Shown piece after piece: positions 25,486 through 37,248 of a stretch of 64,000 bases of DNA. Position numbers and translations under genes: made by a program. Location: positions 82,522,001 through 82,586,000 of the forward strand of contig NC_092349.1 of NCBI RefSeq assembly GCF_963676685.1, in the 5' to 3' direction. The notes under the pieces are model-generated. The model was not told the DNA's origin and ran no database searches. It saw only the letters and a list, made by a program, of their open reading frames with translations. The DNA is from Mytilus edulis. Taxonomy: Eukaryota. Position 1 is the stretch's first letter; each line of letters starts with the position of its first letter.

Positions 25486-26709
25486 TTCAATAAATTATAT
25501 GATAACTGATGACATATCATGCAATTTGATACTGAGATTTATATCACGCATCTTGTATAAATGTATGTGTGATATAAAAAAATAAACATGCCGACCTCCA
25601 AGGAAAAGTCTGAACGGAAAAATCCCTCATCAAGTAAAAAAATTATGAGAGGGAAAAAATGTCAAAATTGTAGTGCAGCAGTCAACATTTGATTATAGTA
25701 TTACGGTACTCACTATGAAAATAAAGACCGGGATAAACATGATAAACTATTGAAACAATGAAAAAAGGCTTATAAACTCTCTATAGACAAAGTTTTTATG
25801 CGAATATAAAATACAAGAATTCAAATATGATCGTAGCACAATAACACAATGGCGAAAACTTTATACCGAGTCATGTCAAACGAATATATAAAAGAACTGA
25901 AGAGTACATTTAAAAAATATACAAAGACAAATAAAAGCAACCGTAAGCACCTACATGTATAATCTATACTTTAAAACCGTTGGGTATAATTTGTAAAGTT
26001 GAAACGGAACAAGGTCTAATAAAATAGGATTAGACATTCATTGACATACCCCTGATACCCCTGGTTCAGCAACTTTCTGATCAGACACTGGTGCTTTTTT
26101 ATAAAAGCTCCTAAATATTCTGAATCAGTTCGGAAATGTATATCCCACAGGCAGGTGAAGTTGGTATACAAATTGACGATTTTCAATACCTGTAAACTGT
26201 GTCGAAGGTCAAAAAATAATTTATAAAGGCCAAGTCAGAAACAAAACGTCAATGAGTTATTTTCATTTTAATTTAGAAATGTAAAATGTTGTACCCTAGT
26301 AAAACATTTTTAGACAACAATCAAATCTTGGGATAGGTTATTTTGGACCAAAACATATTTTTTTGTGTTTTGACAATTTGTCGTTTTTTAAAGATTGATA
26401 TATAATAAGTATACCATACATTCCAAATTGTTTCTTTGTGTCAAAATACTGCTTAAACTAACGCTATAATGAGTCTTCTCGTGTTAAAATGTGTTATAAG
26501 TACTTCATAACATTTTCAAAGATAAAAGACAATGAGGTCAATGTCAGATAACCCTATCAGACTGATATTTAACACCTCAAAATCATGCCAGACTGATATT
26601 TAACACCTCAAAATCATTCCATGCACCAAATGAAGTGCTTATTATGTCTGAGGAACAAACTAGGAAAACTAACGTGTATATACAATCTTTCCTGTACAAC
26701 AAATATAGT

Positions 26710-26935
26710 TACGTATTTGTTTTTCGTTCATTTTTGTACATAAATTAGCCCGTTAGTTTTCTCGTTTGAATTGTTTAGATTTGTTATTTGGGGGGCCTTT
26801 TAAAGCGGACTATGCGGTATGACCTTTGCTCATTGTTGAAGGCCCTACGGTGACCTATACTTGTTCATTTCTGTGTCATTTGGTTCTTGTGGATAGTTAT
26901 CTCATTGGCAATTATGCCACATCTTCTTTTTTATA
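26710..26935. repeat. Abundant dispersed SINE-like repeat (copies also ~36770-36935, 49185-49295, 52400-52700; inverted ~840-1020, 47525-47650)
   Basis: Shared gctcattgttgaaggcc...tctcattggcaatcataccacatcttct. Confidence 0.7.
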
Positions 26936-27149
26936 TAGAACTATTGGCTATAGTATATGGCATGAGGGCCAATCCATACAAACCTTTTCATTTGCAAAAG
27001 AACATTCAAAATAAGGTCAATGTCGGTTACACATTAAAATCATTACATACACCAAAAACAGTAAGTTGACATATTCCGAATAGTATGTTTAAATAGACCA
27101 AAACATAAAAAAATCATTGAACCATGAAAATGAGAGCAAGGTCAAATAG

Positions 27150-27560
27150 AAAAGAGAGGCTTAAAATACCGAAGGTACATTCAAACTCGTAAGTCGAAAA
27201 TAAAATACAACACTATGGCTTAAAAAGAAAAAGTCCAACAGACAAAAAATAGCATACAAAATACAACATAGAAAACTAATGACTAAGCAACAAACACCCC
27301 ACCAGAAACTGGGGGATATCTCAGGTAGCTCGGAAGGTTAAGCAAATCCTGCCCCACCTCTGATACCCTTCATGTTCCTCATGTAAGTACAAACATGGTA
27401 TTAAGTAGCCTAAGTAGGTCATATTCAGGGAAAATGAAAAGGTATTGTATTTACGACATTTGGAAGATATCTGCTATCATCATATGTGAGACGGGTATTC
27501 CATCACGGTCAACCAACTCGTGGTATCGTCCAACTTTACCAATTGGAACTCTTGGTTTAA
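27150..27560 (-). mobile_element. Degraded 3' fragment of the Penelope-like family
   Basis: Similar to 4803-5250 and to the reverse complement of ~19090-19515. Confidence 0.6.
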
Positions 27561-27913
27561 TACTGTGGATTCATTTATATCCTTTAGTACCAGTTTTCGT
27601 GTTTTGAGGAAAACTTGCATTTTCGTGAATATTTAATGTCTTGGTTAAGCATTTCAGTGTTACATTGTTTCGTTATTTTCCTCTTATAGTTGATGTGTTT
27701 ACCTCAGTTTTAGTTTGTAACCCGGATTTGTTTTCTCTCAATCGATTTATGACTTTCAAACAGCGGTATACTGCTGTTGCCTTTATTTGGCAATAGTCTG
27801 CTAAAATTCCTGAAGAAAATTTGCAATTCTTTGAATATTGGGATTCGCGGTTCTCTGGTTACCACGAAATTCACGACAATTTGTATCCAACTAATAATAA
27901 TGAATCTACAGTA
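27561..27913. mobile_element. Tc1/mariner-like MITE with a nested repeat fragment
   Basis: tactgtggattcatt ... aatgaatctacagta terminal inverted repeat including TA; related copy ~62237-62545. Confidence 0.55.
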
Positions 27914-28280
27914 GCTACCTTGTGAGCAGCAATCCTCTATCAGGGAAATCATGATAGGAAATATAATCCCTGGAATGTCGTATCAATTGATAAACGGACA
28001 AAATCACGTCACTTTCATGTTAATCGCTAGTCAATGAAATGTGTTAAGAGGTTAAGGAACATGTGTCTTATGTACAGGCAGATTTTTCAAAGAAACGCAT
28101 TTATAAACCAACTATATTCATCCTATCAGTCTAAATAAGTGAGAAACTCACATGAAAAAAAATAGAATCTCATTTTAGCAGTCTTTAAACATGTTAAAGG
28201 TAAGGTCAACGAAACTGGAAGAATGATAGACGGAAATTCTTAAAATAAGACATCCAGGTCCTCAGTCTTTTGCATTTACC

Positions 28281-29213
28281 AACAAGAGTGCGTGCACACG
28301 CTGAAATGTCTCGCCTTCTTTACTAATCATTGACATTATGTTGATATTATGTTGATAGTCCTAAATATAAAGCGTTATTACAACTTTAACATTAACTTAA
28401 CATTAACCAAGAAAACTAAACATTGACCAATACACCATGAAAATGAGGTCAAGGTCAGATAAACCATGCCAGGCAGACAAGTCTTCCATACAACAAATAT
28501 AGTGACCTATTGCTTATAGTTTAAGAAAAACAGACCAAAAATAAAAAAAAACCTTAACACTGAGCAATGAACCGTGAAAATGAGGTCAGGGTCAAATAAA
28601 ACATGCGTGACTGACATATAGATGCTGATCATAAAAAATATCACCATACACCAAATATAATTGACCTATTGCATATAGTATAAGAAAAACAGACCAAAAC
28701 ACAAAAACTTAACTATAACCACTGAACCATGAAAATGAGGTCAAGATCAGATGACACCTGCCAGTTGGACATGTAAACCTCACAGTCCTTCCATACACCG
28801 AATATACTATACCTATTGCTTATAGTATCTGAGATATAGACTTGACCACCAAAACTTAATCTAGTTCACTGATCCATGAAATGATGTCGAGTTCAAGTGA
28901 AAACTGTCTGACATGCATGAGGACCTTGCAAGGTACACACATACCAAATATAGTTATCCTGTTACTTATAATAAGAGAGAATTCAACATTACAAAACTTT
29001 TTTTTAAGTAGTCACTGAAATGAGGTCAAGGACATTGGACATGTGACTGACGGAAACTTCGTAACATGAGGCATTTATATACAAAATATGAAGCAACCAG
29101 GTATTCCACCTCTTAAAATATAAAAATTTTAAGAAGTTAGCTAAAGCTGTCGCCGCCGGAGCACTATCCACATGTCGAGCTTTCTGTGACAAAAGTCGCA
29201 GGCTCGACAAAAA
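28281..29213. mobile_element. HINE/Helentron-like element with ~150-bp internal repeats
   Basis: Starts aacaagag; repeated gaaaatgaggtcaagg; 3' hairpin tcgagc...gctcga then an A-run. Confidence 0.6.
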
Positions 29214-29284
29214 TTAATAAATTGAAATTTTATCAAATTTTGGTTTTTATACAAAGTAAATAAACTAGTGTTTAGTTTAAACAT

Positions 29285-29656
29285 ATTGTAGCGGCATTAG
29301 TCTGCTCTTTTTTCGAAATCTACAAGGGTGTCTTTAACGTGCAAGAGATATGGCTTTCTCTTTACACGGGTCAGCCATTTATCGTCCCCTTCCGACGGAC
29401 TATCATCGTTTCCTCAAGACCATACTCGCAAATGGTGGGTGTCTTTAACGTGCAAGAGATATGGCTCTCTCTTTACACGGGTCAGCCATTTATCGTCCCC
29501 TTCCGACGGACTATCATCGTTTCCTCAAGACCATACTCGCAAATGGTGTCAAGGGAGAGCCTAAAATTCAGTCCCTCAAATTTTCAACCCAGACGGGAAT
29601 CGAACCAGGAACCTTTGTATTAGTAGTCCGATGCACTAACCACTACACCACGGCTC
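29285..29656 (-). mobile_element. tRNA-derived SINE (Meta-domain-like body) with an internal ~112-bp tandem duplication
   Basis: Minus strand: A-box TGGTGTAGTGG, B-box GGTTCGATTCC; body motif GCACGTTAAAGACACCC; 29326-29436 repeated at 29438-29548. Confidence 0.75.
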
Positions 29657-30805
29657 TGTGGTGTTGTCAACGGTTAACCGGTTAACAGTTTGAACAACCG
29701 AATACCGAATACCAAAAACGCTAACCGGTTAACCGGACTTTTTTTTAAATTTTGATAGATTTGATATAAATTTGTAATGAAATCATTAAATAGTGGTAAT
29801 TAATTTGACAGATCAATTATCTAGTAAATTGATTGCTATTATTAATAAAAAAAAATATACAATTAATTAGAACTTGTCTCTCAGCTCGGGGCAAGATCTT
29901 AAGGAAACATAATTAGAATACTAGAACACACCCGTGATATCGCGGGTCCGTGACTGAATTAAAGTATATAACTATGCGCAAGCCTTATTTGAGTATTATT
30001 TTTTATCTGATAAAGTCATGCCGATAATAAGATACACAGTTTTCTCTGCTTTCAAATCTTTCTGTTTGAATCCGTCGAACTGGAACTTATCAATTATTGG
30101 TAATATTAATTATTTTGATAACAAAAGGTCCTGGAATGGAGTAATTTTTAATCAACAGCATTGTCCTATGTCAGTTATAAATAAAGTTGAATTATTTGAT
30201 TCACTGTTTTATTTCATGCCCGCTAACAAATTGAAAACGGTTCCTATATATACACCTTAGTTTTAGTCCAGATTTTTAGTATTCGTATTGTTATCTTAGA
30301 AAGTCTTACTGATTAAAATACTACAATAGGTAACAATTTGACAATGATTGAATTTAGTAGTGTCAACCCTGTGATTATGATCCGTGTATATAGCATAATC
30401 CTAAATACACCGTTTGGTGGTGCACCTGTTAGATGCGGAACGTACAGATAAGGTAATAGATAACAGGTGAATTATACTATTGGTATCGGTATCGGACTCG
30501 ACCCGGAACTTCTTAATTATTGGCAATATCAATTACGTGGAAAACAAAAGGGCCTGGAGTGGTGTAATTTTTAATCTACACCTTTGTACTATATTAGTTA
30601 GGCAGTGGCTATTTGACCGGCACCGGCTAAATAGCAAATTTGCTATTTGACCGGCACCGGCAAAATAGAAAATTTGCTATTTAGCCGGCACTGAATAAAA
30701 TTGTTCATTGATGTGATTAGTCATGTTAGTAGAGAATAAAAAAGCTTAATAATAATTTAAAATCATTTTATCACAATATCAAGCATTAAAATACAGTACA
30801 ATATA

Positions 30806-30950
30806 AAATAAAATATTAAAGATGTTCATATAAATAAAATATTAAAGATGTTCATATAAATAAAATATTAAAGATGTTCATATAAATAAAATATTAAAGA
30901 TGTTCATATAAATAAAATATTAAAGATGAACATCTTTAATATTTTATTTT
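30806..30950. repeat. 27-bp minisatellite ending in a fold-back palindrome
   Basis: (aaataaaatattaaagatgttcatata) x ~4.7, then catctttaatattttattt inverted. Confidence 0.9.
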
Positions 30951-30989
30951 TAATTGTTCATATATAAATAAATAATTTATAACTTAATA

Positions 30990-32280
30990 ATATTAATTAA
31001 AAGCATGAAAACACCATCAAAAGATCAAAGAACTAGCTGCAAACTGCAGTTCAACCAAGGAGCTCTGGTTAGTCTTTAAGACCAACTTAAACCAGAGTGT
31101 GGCAAATCACACCCCGCACAAAACTGCAAAACAACCTTGGTTCACACCATCAGTACGCAAACTAATAAAACGCCGTGACAGATTGTACAAAAAACATAAA
31201 AAGTCAGCTGATCTTACAATAACATCCAAACTTAAAGAAACAAAGAGAATGGTACAAACATATTGAAACTGCAATGAGAACATCGTAACACCTAAGGAGG
31301 AAAACAACCAATATACATGTAGTAGTATGAAACGATTCTGGACATACATCAAACATCAGAAAACAGAAAGCAATGGAGTTGCACCTTTTCTCAGTGAAGG
31401 TATAAGTTACACACACACTCTGTAGACCACGTAACCATTCTAAACAAGCAATTCCAATCTGCCTTTTCCACCAAGGACACATATAAATAATACGAGTTTA
31501 AATCCAGATGCAATATGCCAGGTCAAAATCCCTTAGCATGCAGAGGAACTCAACATCACAGAAAATGGTAAACTCAAACTTCTGAAAAAAATAAATTCAA
31601 ATACAGCAGCTGGACCAGATAATATTAAACCTAAACTACTCAACGAACTGGCCACAGAAATAGCCCCAATCCTACAATCATTTTCAAAACATCAATAGAA
31701 ACTGGGGATGTACCAAATGACTGGACAAATGCGAACGTAACACCAGTATTCATATAGTACGTAAGTCCAGTATGGGACCCATACTTTAAAACAGAAATAG
31801 ATTGTCTAGAAATGGTCCAGAGACGAACAGCAAGATATGTGTCCAACAAACACCATAATCACTCAAGTGTCAGCAAAATGAGTGAGCACCTGGAATGGTC
31901 ATCTCTGCATGGGAAAAAGGCGAAAAGACGATAGACTAATCATGTTCTATGAAATAGAATACAACAAAGTGACTGTAACTACGGAAGGACGTCTCATGCA
32001 ACCAACACCACTGTCGAGGAACATGCACGACAAAAGTTTCCAAATTCAAGCATCCAGAAGGGATTACAGGAAATACTCATTTTTCCCCGAGAACGATCAG
32101 GGATTGAAACGCTCTCCCTCCTGGTGTAGCATCAGCATCGTCAGTCAAGGCCTTTAAAGCCTCGCTGACAAAGCTGAACTAAATTATTAAATTAAGGTGG
32201 GTGGGGGAGGGGGTCTGTATGCACACTTAAGTCATTGCATGTGGCCATTATCAGACAGAAGCAGGAGCAGAAGAACACAT
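30990..32280 (+). pseudogene. Degraded LINE ORF2 fragment with the RT core deleted
   Basis: PWFT, KRFWTYIK, AAGPDNIKP, GDVPNDWTNANVTPVF joined directly to the post-RT region (SPVWDP, LEMVQRRTARYV, YSFFP). Confidence 0.7.
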
Positions 32281-33176
32281 TAATTTGTATATACATTACT
32301 AAATATATCAATTACGTGGAAAACAAAAGGGTCTGGAGTGGTGTAATTTTAATCTACACCTTTGTACTATATTAGTTATATATAAAGCTGAATTCTTTGA
32401 TTCGTCGTTTTAACGTGATGACGGCTGACAAATTGGACCTCGTAATTTTAGTATTATAGATAGATGTATATGTTTTGTTAACAGTAACTTTAAATCAGTA
32501 ATACGATTAAGTTTTACGATTTACTTTATTATTTTATTTTTCTTTATATTGTGCTACATCTGAATGTGCAATCTCCGTCGTGCAAGGCTTTGCCATACTT
32601 TAAACGAAATGCTAACTAAAAAAAATGGTGAACTGCAAACCTATGTGAATGTAATCAGTGTATACTTGATAGTACGAGTAACAAGCTTTGGCTTAATCAT
32701 TTCAAATTGAAACACTCCGATTTATTTTCGGAGACAACAAGAGAAAATGAAAGAATCATCAGTTTCTGACACATTAAATTCTACGAGATCAAGAAAGTTT
32801 TTTTTTCATTTTCCAATATGAATTTAGTACAAACGCCATAGTTGGTACGGTGTATTTGATTACTAAAAGTCAAACTTCGTCAGGAATCTTCACAAACAAG
32901 TCTTATAATACCAAAGAACAATAACTTCAATTCAGCGTATTATAAAAAAGTAAATGTATGACTTGGATGGAAGGTTGTCACATTAACACTCATACCACAT
33001 CTTCTATATATATGTGTGTAGCGTACTATAGATAAGGCCTTCAAACATCAACATAAACTACCGGTTAACCGGTTAATCGGTCGAACGATTATCCGAGTAA
33101 CCGGTTAGGCAAAGGCGTGCGATATGACAACACTAAAATAAACTTATCTAAGATACCAGGATTTAATTTCGTATTT

Positions 33177-33220
33177 ACGCCGGACGCGCTTTTCGTCTAC
33201 AAAAGACTCATCAGTGACGC
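33177..33220 (-). ncRNA. Minimal type I hammerhead ribozyme motif (family B), catalytic core intact
   Basis: Minus strand: GCGUCA CUGAUGA GUCU-uuugu-AGAC GAAA AGCGCG UC^ CGGCGU. Confidence 0.75.
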
Positions 33221-33535
33221 TCGAATTCGAAAAAGTTGAAAAGGTCAAATAAAGAGCGTTGAGGACCAAAATTCCTAAAAGTTTTGCCAAATACAGCGAA
33301 TGTAATACATGTATATTCCTGAGACAGAAAAGCCTTAGTATTTCAAAAATTCTAAATTTTTGTCAATAGTTAATTTATAAAGATGACCATAGCAATGATA
33401 ATTCATGTCAACACAGAAGTGTAAATATCTGCTACAACCTCTCTTTTCAAATTAAGGCCAAATTACGTGTCAAAAGATTTTATTAAGACATTAAAAAGTA
33501 ATTTACACTGACAAACATCTAGATAGTTTCATGAC

Positions 33536-35870
33536 ATAACCAGATGCTCCGCAGGGCGCAGCTTTATACGACCGCAGAGGTCGAACCCTGAACAGTTGGG
33601 GCAAGTATGGACACAACATTTAAGCTTGATACAGCTCTGAATTTGGATTGTGATTAAATAGTTGACACAACATAGGTTTCTAACACAAAATGAATGTGGT
33701 CTATGATCTTAAACTTAAAAACTTAAAAATTTTACATTGGACATTTACCTATTATGGTCCAATATCCAAAATATAAATACATGGTTAGATTCGGCATATC
33801 ATAAAACCCCATGAATTCAATATTTGATGAAATCAAATAATGTTCAATTTTAGACCCTTTAGTCAATGTGGACCAATTTGATAACCGGGCCCAAATATTA
33901 AAAATTTGTAAGGGTTCCGCGGAACCCAGTGTCTCGCCTACTTTTGCTGTTAATCACACACTCATCAAAAATGATGAAAAAAATAAATAAAATTATTCCT
34001 CTCGGTACTATCTTTTGATTGTCAGAAGCTTCTGTCAACGTTTGGTAAAAATCCAGGCTATTTTAAAAATCTTAAAAATGTTTTAAATACTTTAACTGCA
34101 GACTGTAATGTTAACTGGAAGAAAAACTAAGTCCATTTATAAGTAAAATACGGGAAAAATGGAATTTTATTTTTACAAAATTTACTTCTGGATACTATCT
34201 TCTGATCATAAACAAGCTTCTGGCCAAGTTTCTTACAATTCCAGGATAGTTTAAGAAAGTTATTAAAATTTTAAAAACTTTAACCACAGAGTGAATGTAA
34301 TGTTACCTGGCAGAAAAAACTAAGTCCATTTATAAGTAAAATACGGAAAAAATGGAATTTTATTTTTACAAAATTTACTTCTGGATACTATCTCCTGATC
34401 ATAAACAAGCTTCTGGCCAAGTTTTGTACATTTCCAGGATTGTTTAAGAAAGTTTTTAAAATTTCAAAAACTTTAACCACAGAGTGGATGCCGCCGCCGA
34501 CGGAATGTAGGATCTCTATGTCTCGCTTTTTCGACTAAAGTCGAAGGCTCGACAAAAATCTAAATACATGGTTAGATTCAGCATATTGAAGAACCCCATA
34601 TATTCAAATTTTGTTGAAATCAAACAAAGTTTAATTTTTGACCCTTTGGGCTTTAATGTAGACCAATTTGAAAACGGGACAATACTGTGCAATTGAATAT
34701 TTCTGCTATTGCGCAAAACTTTGCAATTCAAAATTTCTTGCTATTGCGCAATATTGTGTAATTAGATATTTCTTGCTATTGCGCAATACCGTTCAATTGA
34801 AGATTTCTTGCTATTGCACAATACTGTGCAATTGAAGATTTCTTGCTATTGCGCAATTGAAAATTTCTTGCTATTGCACATAACTGTGCAATTGAAGATT
34901 TCTTGCTATTGCACATAACTGTGCAATTGAAGATTTCTTGCTATTGCACAATACTTAATATAATATTTTGGACCCCGATTTGGACCAACTTGAAAACTGG
35001 GCCCATAATCAAAAATCTAAGTACATGTTTAGATTCAGCATATCAAAGAACCCCAAGAATTCAATTTTTGTTAAAATCAAGCTAAGTTTAATTTTGGACC
35101 CTTTGGACCTTAATATAGACCAATTTAAAAACAGGACCAACAAGAATGTGTCCTCAGTACACGAATGCCCCACTCGCACTTTCATTTTCTATGTTCAGTG
35201 GACCGTGACATTGGGATAAAAACTCTAATTTGGCATTAAAATTAGAAAGATCATATCATAGGAAACATGTGTACTAAGTTTGAAGTTGATTGAACTTCAA
35301 CTTCATCAAAAACTACCTTGACCAAAAACTTTAACTTGAAGCGGGACAGACGGACGAACGGACAGACAGTCGGACGAACGAAAGGACGCACAGACCAGAA
35401 AACATAATGCCCCTCTACTATCGTAGGTGGGGCATAAAAATTAAGAATCTGAATACATGGTTAGATTTGGCATATCAAAGAACCCCAATAATTCATTTTT
35501 TTATGAAATCATTTGGACCCTTTTGGCCCCTAATTTGTTGGGACCAAAACTCCTAAAATCGACCCCAACCTTCCTTTTGTGGTCATAGACCTTATGTTAA
35601 AATTTCATAGATTTCTGTTTACTTATACTAAAGTTATTGAGGGAAAACCCAGAAAAATGCTTATTTGGGCCCTTTGTGGCCCCTTATTCCTAAACTGTTG
35701 GGAGGGAAACACTTTTATGGTCATAAACCTTGTATTTAAATTTCATGGATTTTTATTTACTTTTACTTAAGTTAGAGCGCGAAAACCAAATGTCTTCGGA
35801 CGACGATGACGCCAATGTGATACCAATATACGACCAAAAAATTTTTAATTTTTGCAGTCGTATAAAAACA
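33536..35870. mobile_element. HINE-like element with two nested HINEs (33910-34557, 35140-35440) and a ~35-bp minisatellite (34680-34950)
   Basis: tatacgacc at both ends with a 3' hairpin; nested elements have their own 5' and 3' hairpins; host repeat resumes across each insertion. Confidence 0.6.
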
Positions 35871-37248
35871 ACTCTGAATTCTGCAGTAATAACATGACTC
35901 AGTTTTGCAGGGGCAAGACAGATGTCCTCATGATTTAAACAGTGATTTGCTTTTATAATATGAGAAACATTAACATATTTTGTTTTTGACTGGGTTTTTC
36001 ATATCATTTGATAACTTTACCTTCTATGTCTATAATTTCAAAAGGAAGTGTATTGTGTAAGGAAATTGAATGTCATGATAATCCCTCAACTATTGAATAT
36101 AAATTGTTTATCAAAAAAGTAAACTAGGGGGAATATCAGTACACATCAACAACCTACCACTAATAATAAATAAACATGCAAACAAAGTCAAACAGTGAAC
36201 CAAACACGGTCAAGAAAACTGGACTTGGTATACCAACAAAACGGGGTTTGGTTAAACCCCATATCTAACCTAACGTGTTAAAACACGCAAACTATTTAAG
36301 GTTTTACTTATCTAGAGCATAGTTTAACCATCCTGTATATAGTTATTTCATTTTTTTATGATTTTCATAATATTCTTTACACTTGAATTGAAATAAAGTC
36401 CTACTCAATTTTTTTTAATTTCAATCATGGAATGAGTGCAAGTTACACTTGGCTTATCTTACTCAGACTTATAAGAGTTTGGGAAAGTGGTTTCTTTTTT
36501 TCTGATGAAAATTGGGCATTGTATAAGGGAAACTCCTAAAACATGAAAGGATATTTTACAGATTTGTATTTAATGACCAATAAATGAAAGACTTTTTTAA
36601 AGATTATGACATTCTTACTTCGTTCTTTATTTTATTTTTTCAATTATTTTTTGTTGGATCATCAGTGATGAGTCTTCTGTAGAGGAAATATGTGCATTTG
36701 GTCTACAAAATTATAAGCCTGGTATCTTTGATGAGATTTTACAGGCCCATACATAGGACCAAGTCTTCAATTGTTTTACACTTGTCATTTCGAAGACTTT
36801 TGCAGTTGACTATGCAGTATGGGCTTTGCTCATTGTTAAAGGGTATATATTGACCTATAGTTGTTAACTTCTGTGCGATTTGGCCTCTGGTGGAGAGTTA
36901 TCTCATTGGCAATCATACCACATCTTCTATTTTTAAATAAGATTAGTGTTGGCTGGATAAAACTCTGATACAAGATGAGAGGAAAAAAAGTTTACATGTA
37001 TATCTTTTAATCATGGATTTATCTAAGAAATGAATGTACATGGTTATTAACATGTTGAAATGAAATGATATTAGACAATCAATTGTTATTGTTCCTATGA
37101 TTGACAGATTCTCATGTGTCCATTATGGGAACCAATATCCATTGTTCCTTCAGGTTTAGACCAGCTAAACTTATTATTTCAACAAAATACATTTTCTGTT
37201 GAAATACAATTGTTTGTACATTTCACAATAATGTTGCAGATTTTGGTT

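Larger units (their letters stand above)
29921..32464 (-). mobile_element. Non-autonomous Helitron
   Basis: Minus strand begins A|TC and ends with hairpin acccgcgatatcacgggt followed by CTAG|T; no TSD. Confidence 0.7.
29659..33135. mobile_element. hAT-like non-autonomous element carrying nested insertions
   Basis: Ends gtgttgtca / tgacaacac; clustered AACCGGTT subterminal palindromes at both ends. Confidence 0.6.

Noticed and set aside
29585-29656. Functional tRNA gene on the minus strand
   Set aside because: Imperfect stems and continuous with a SINE body
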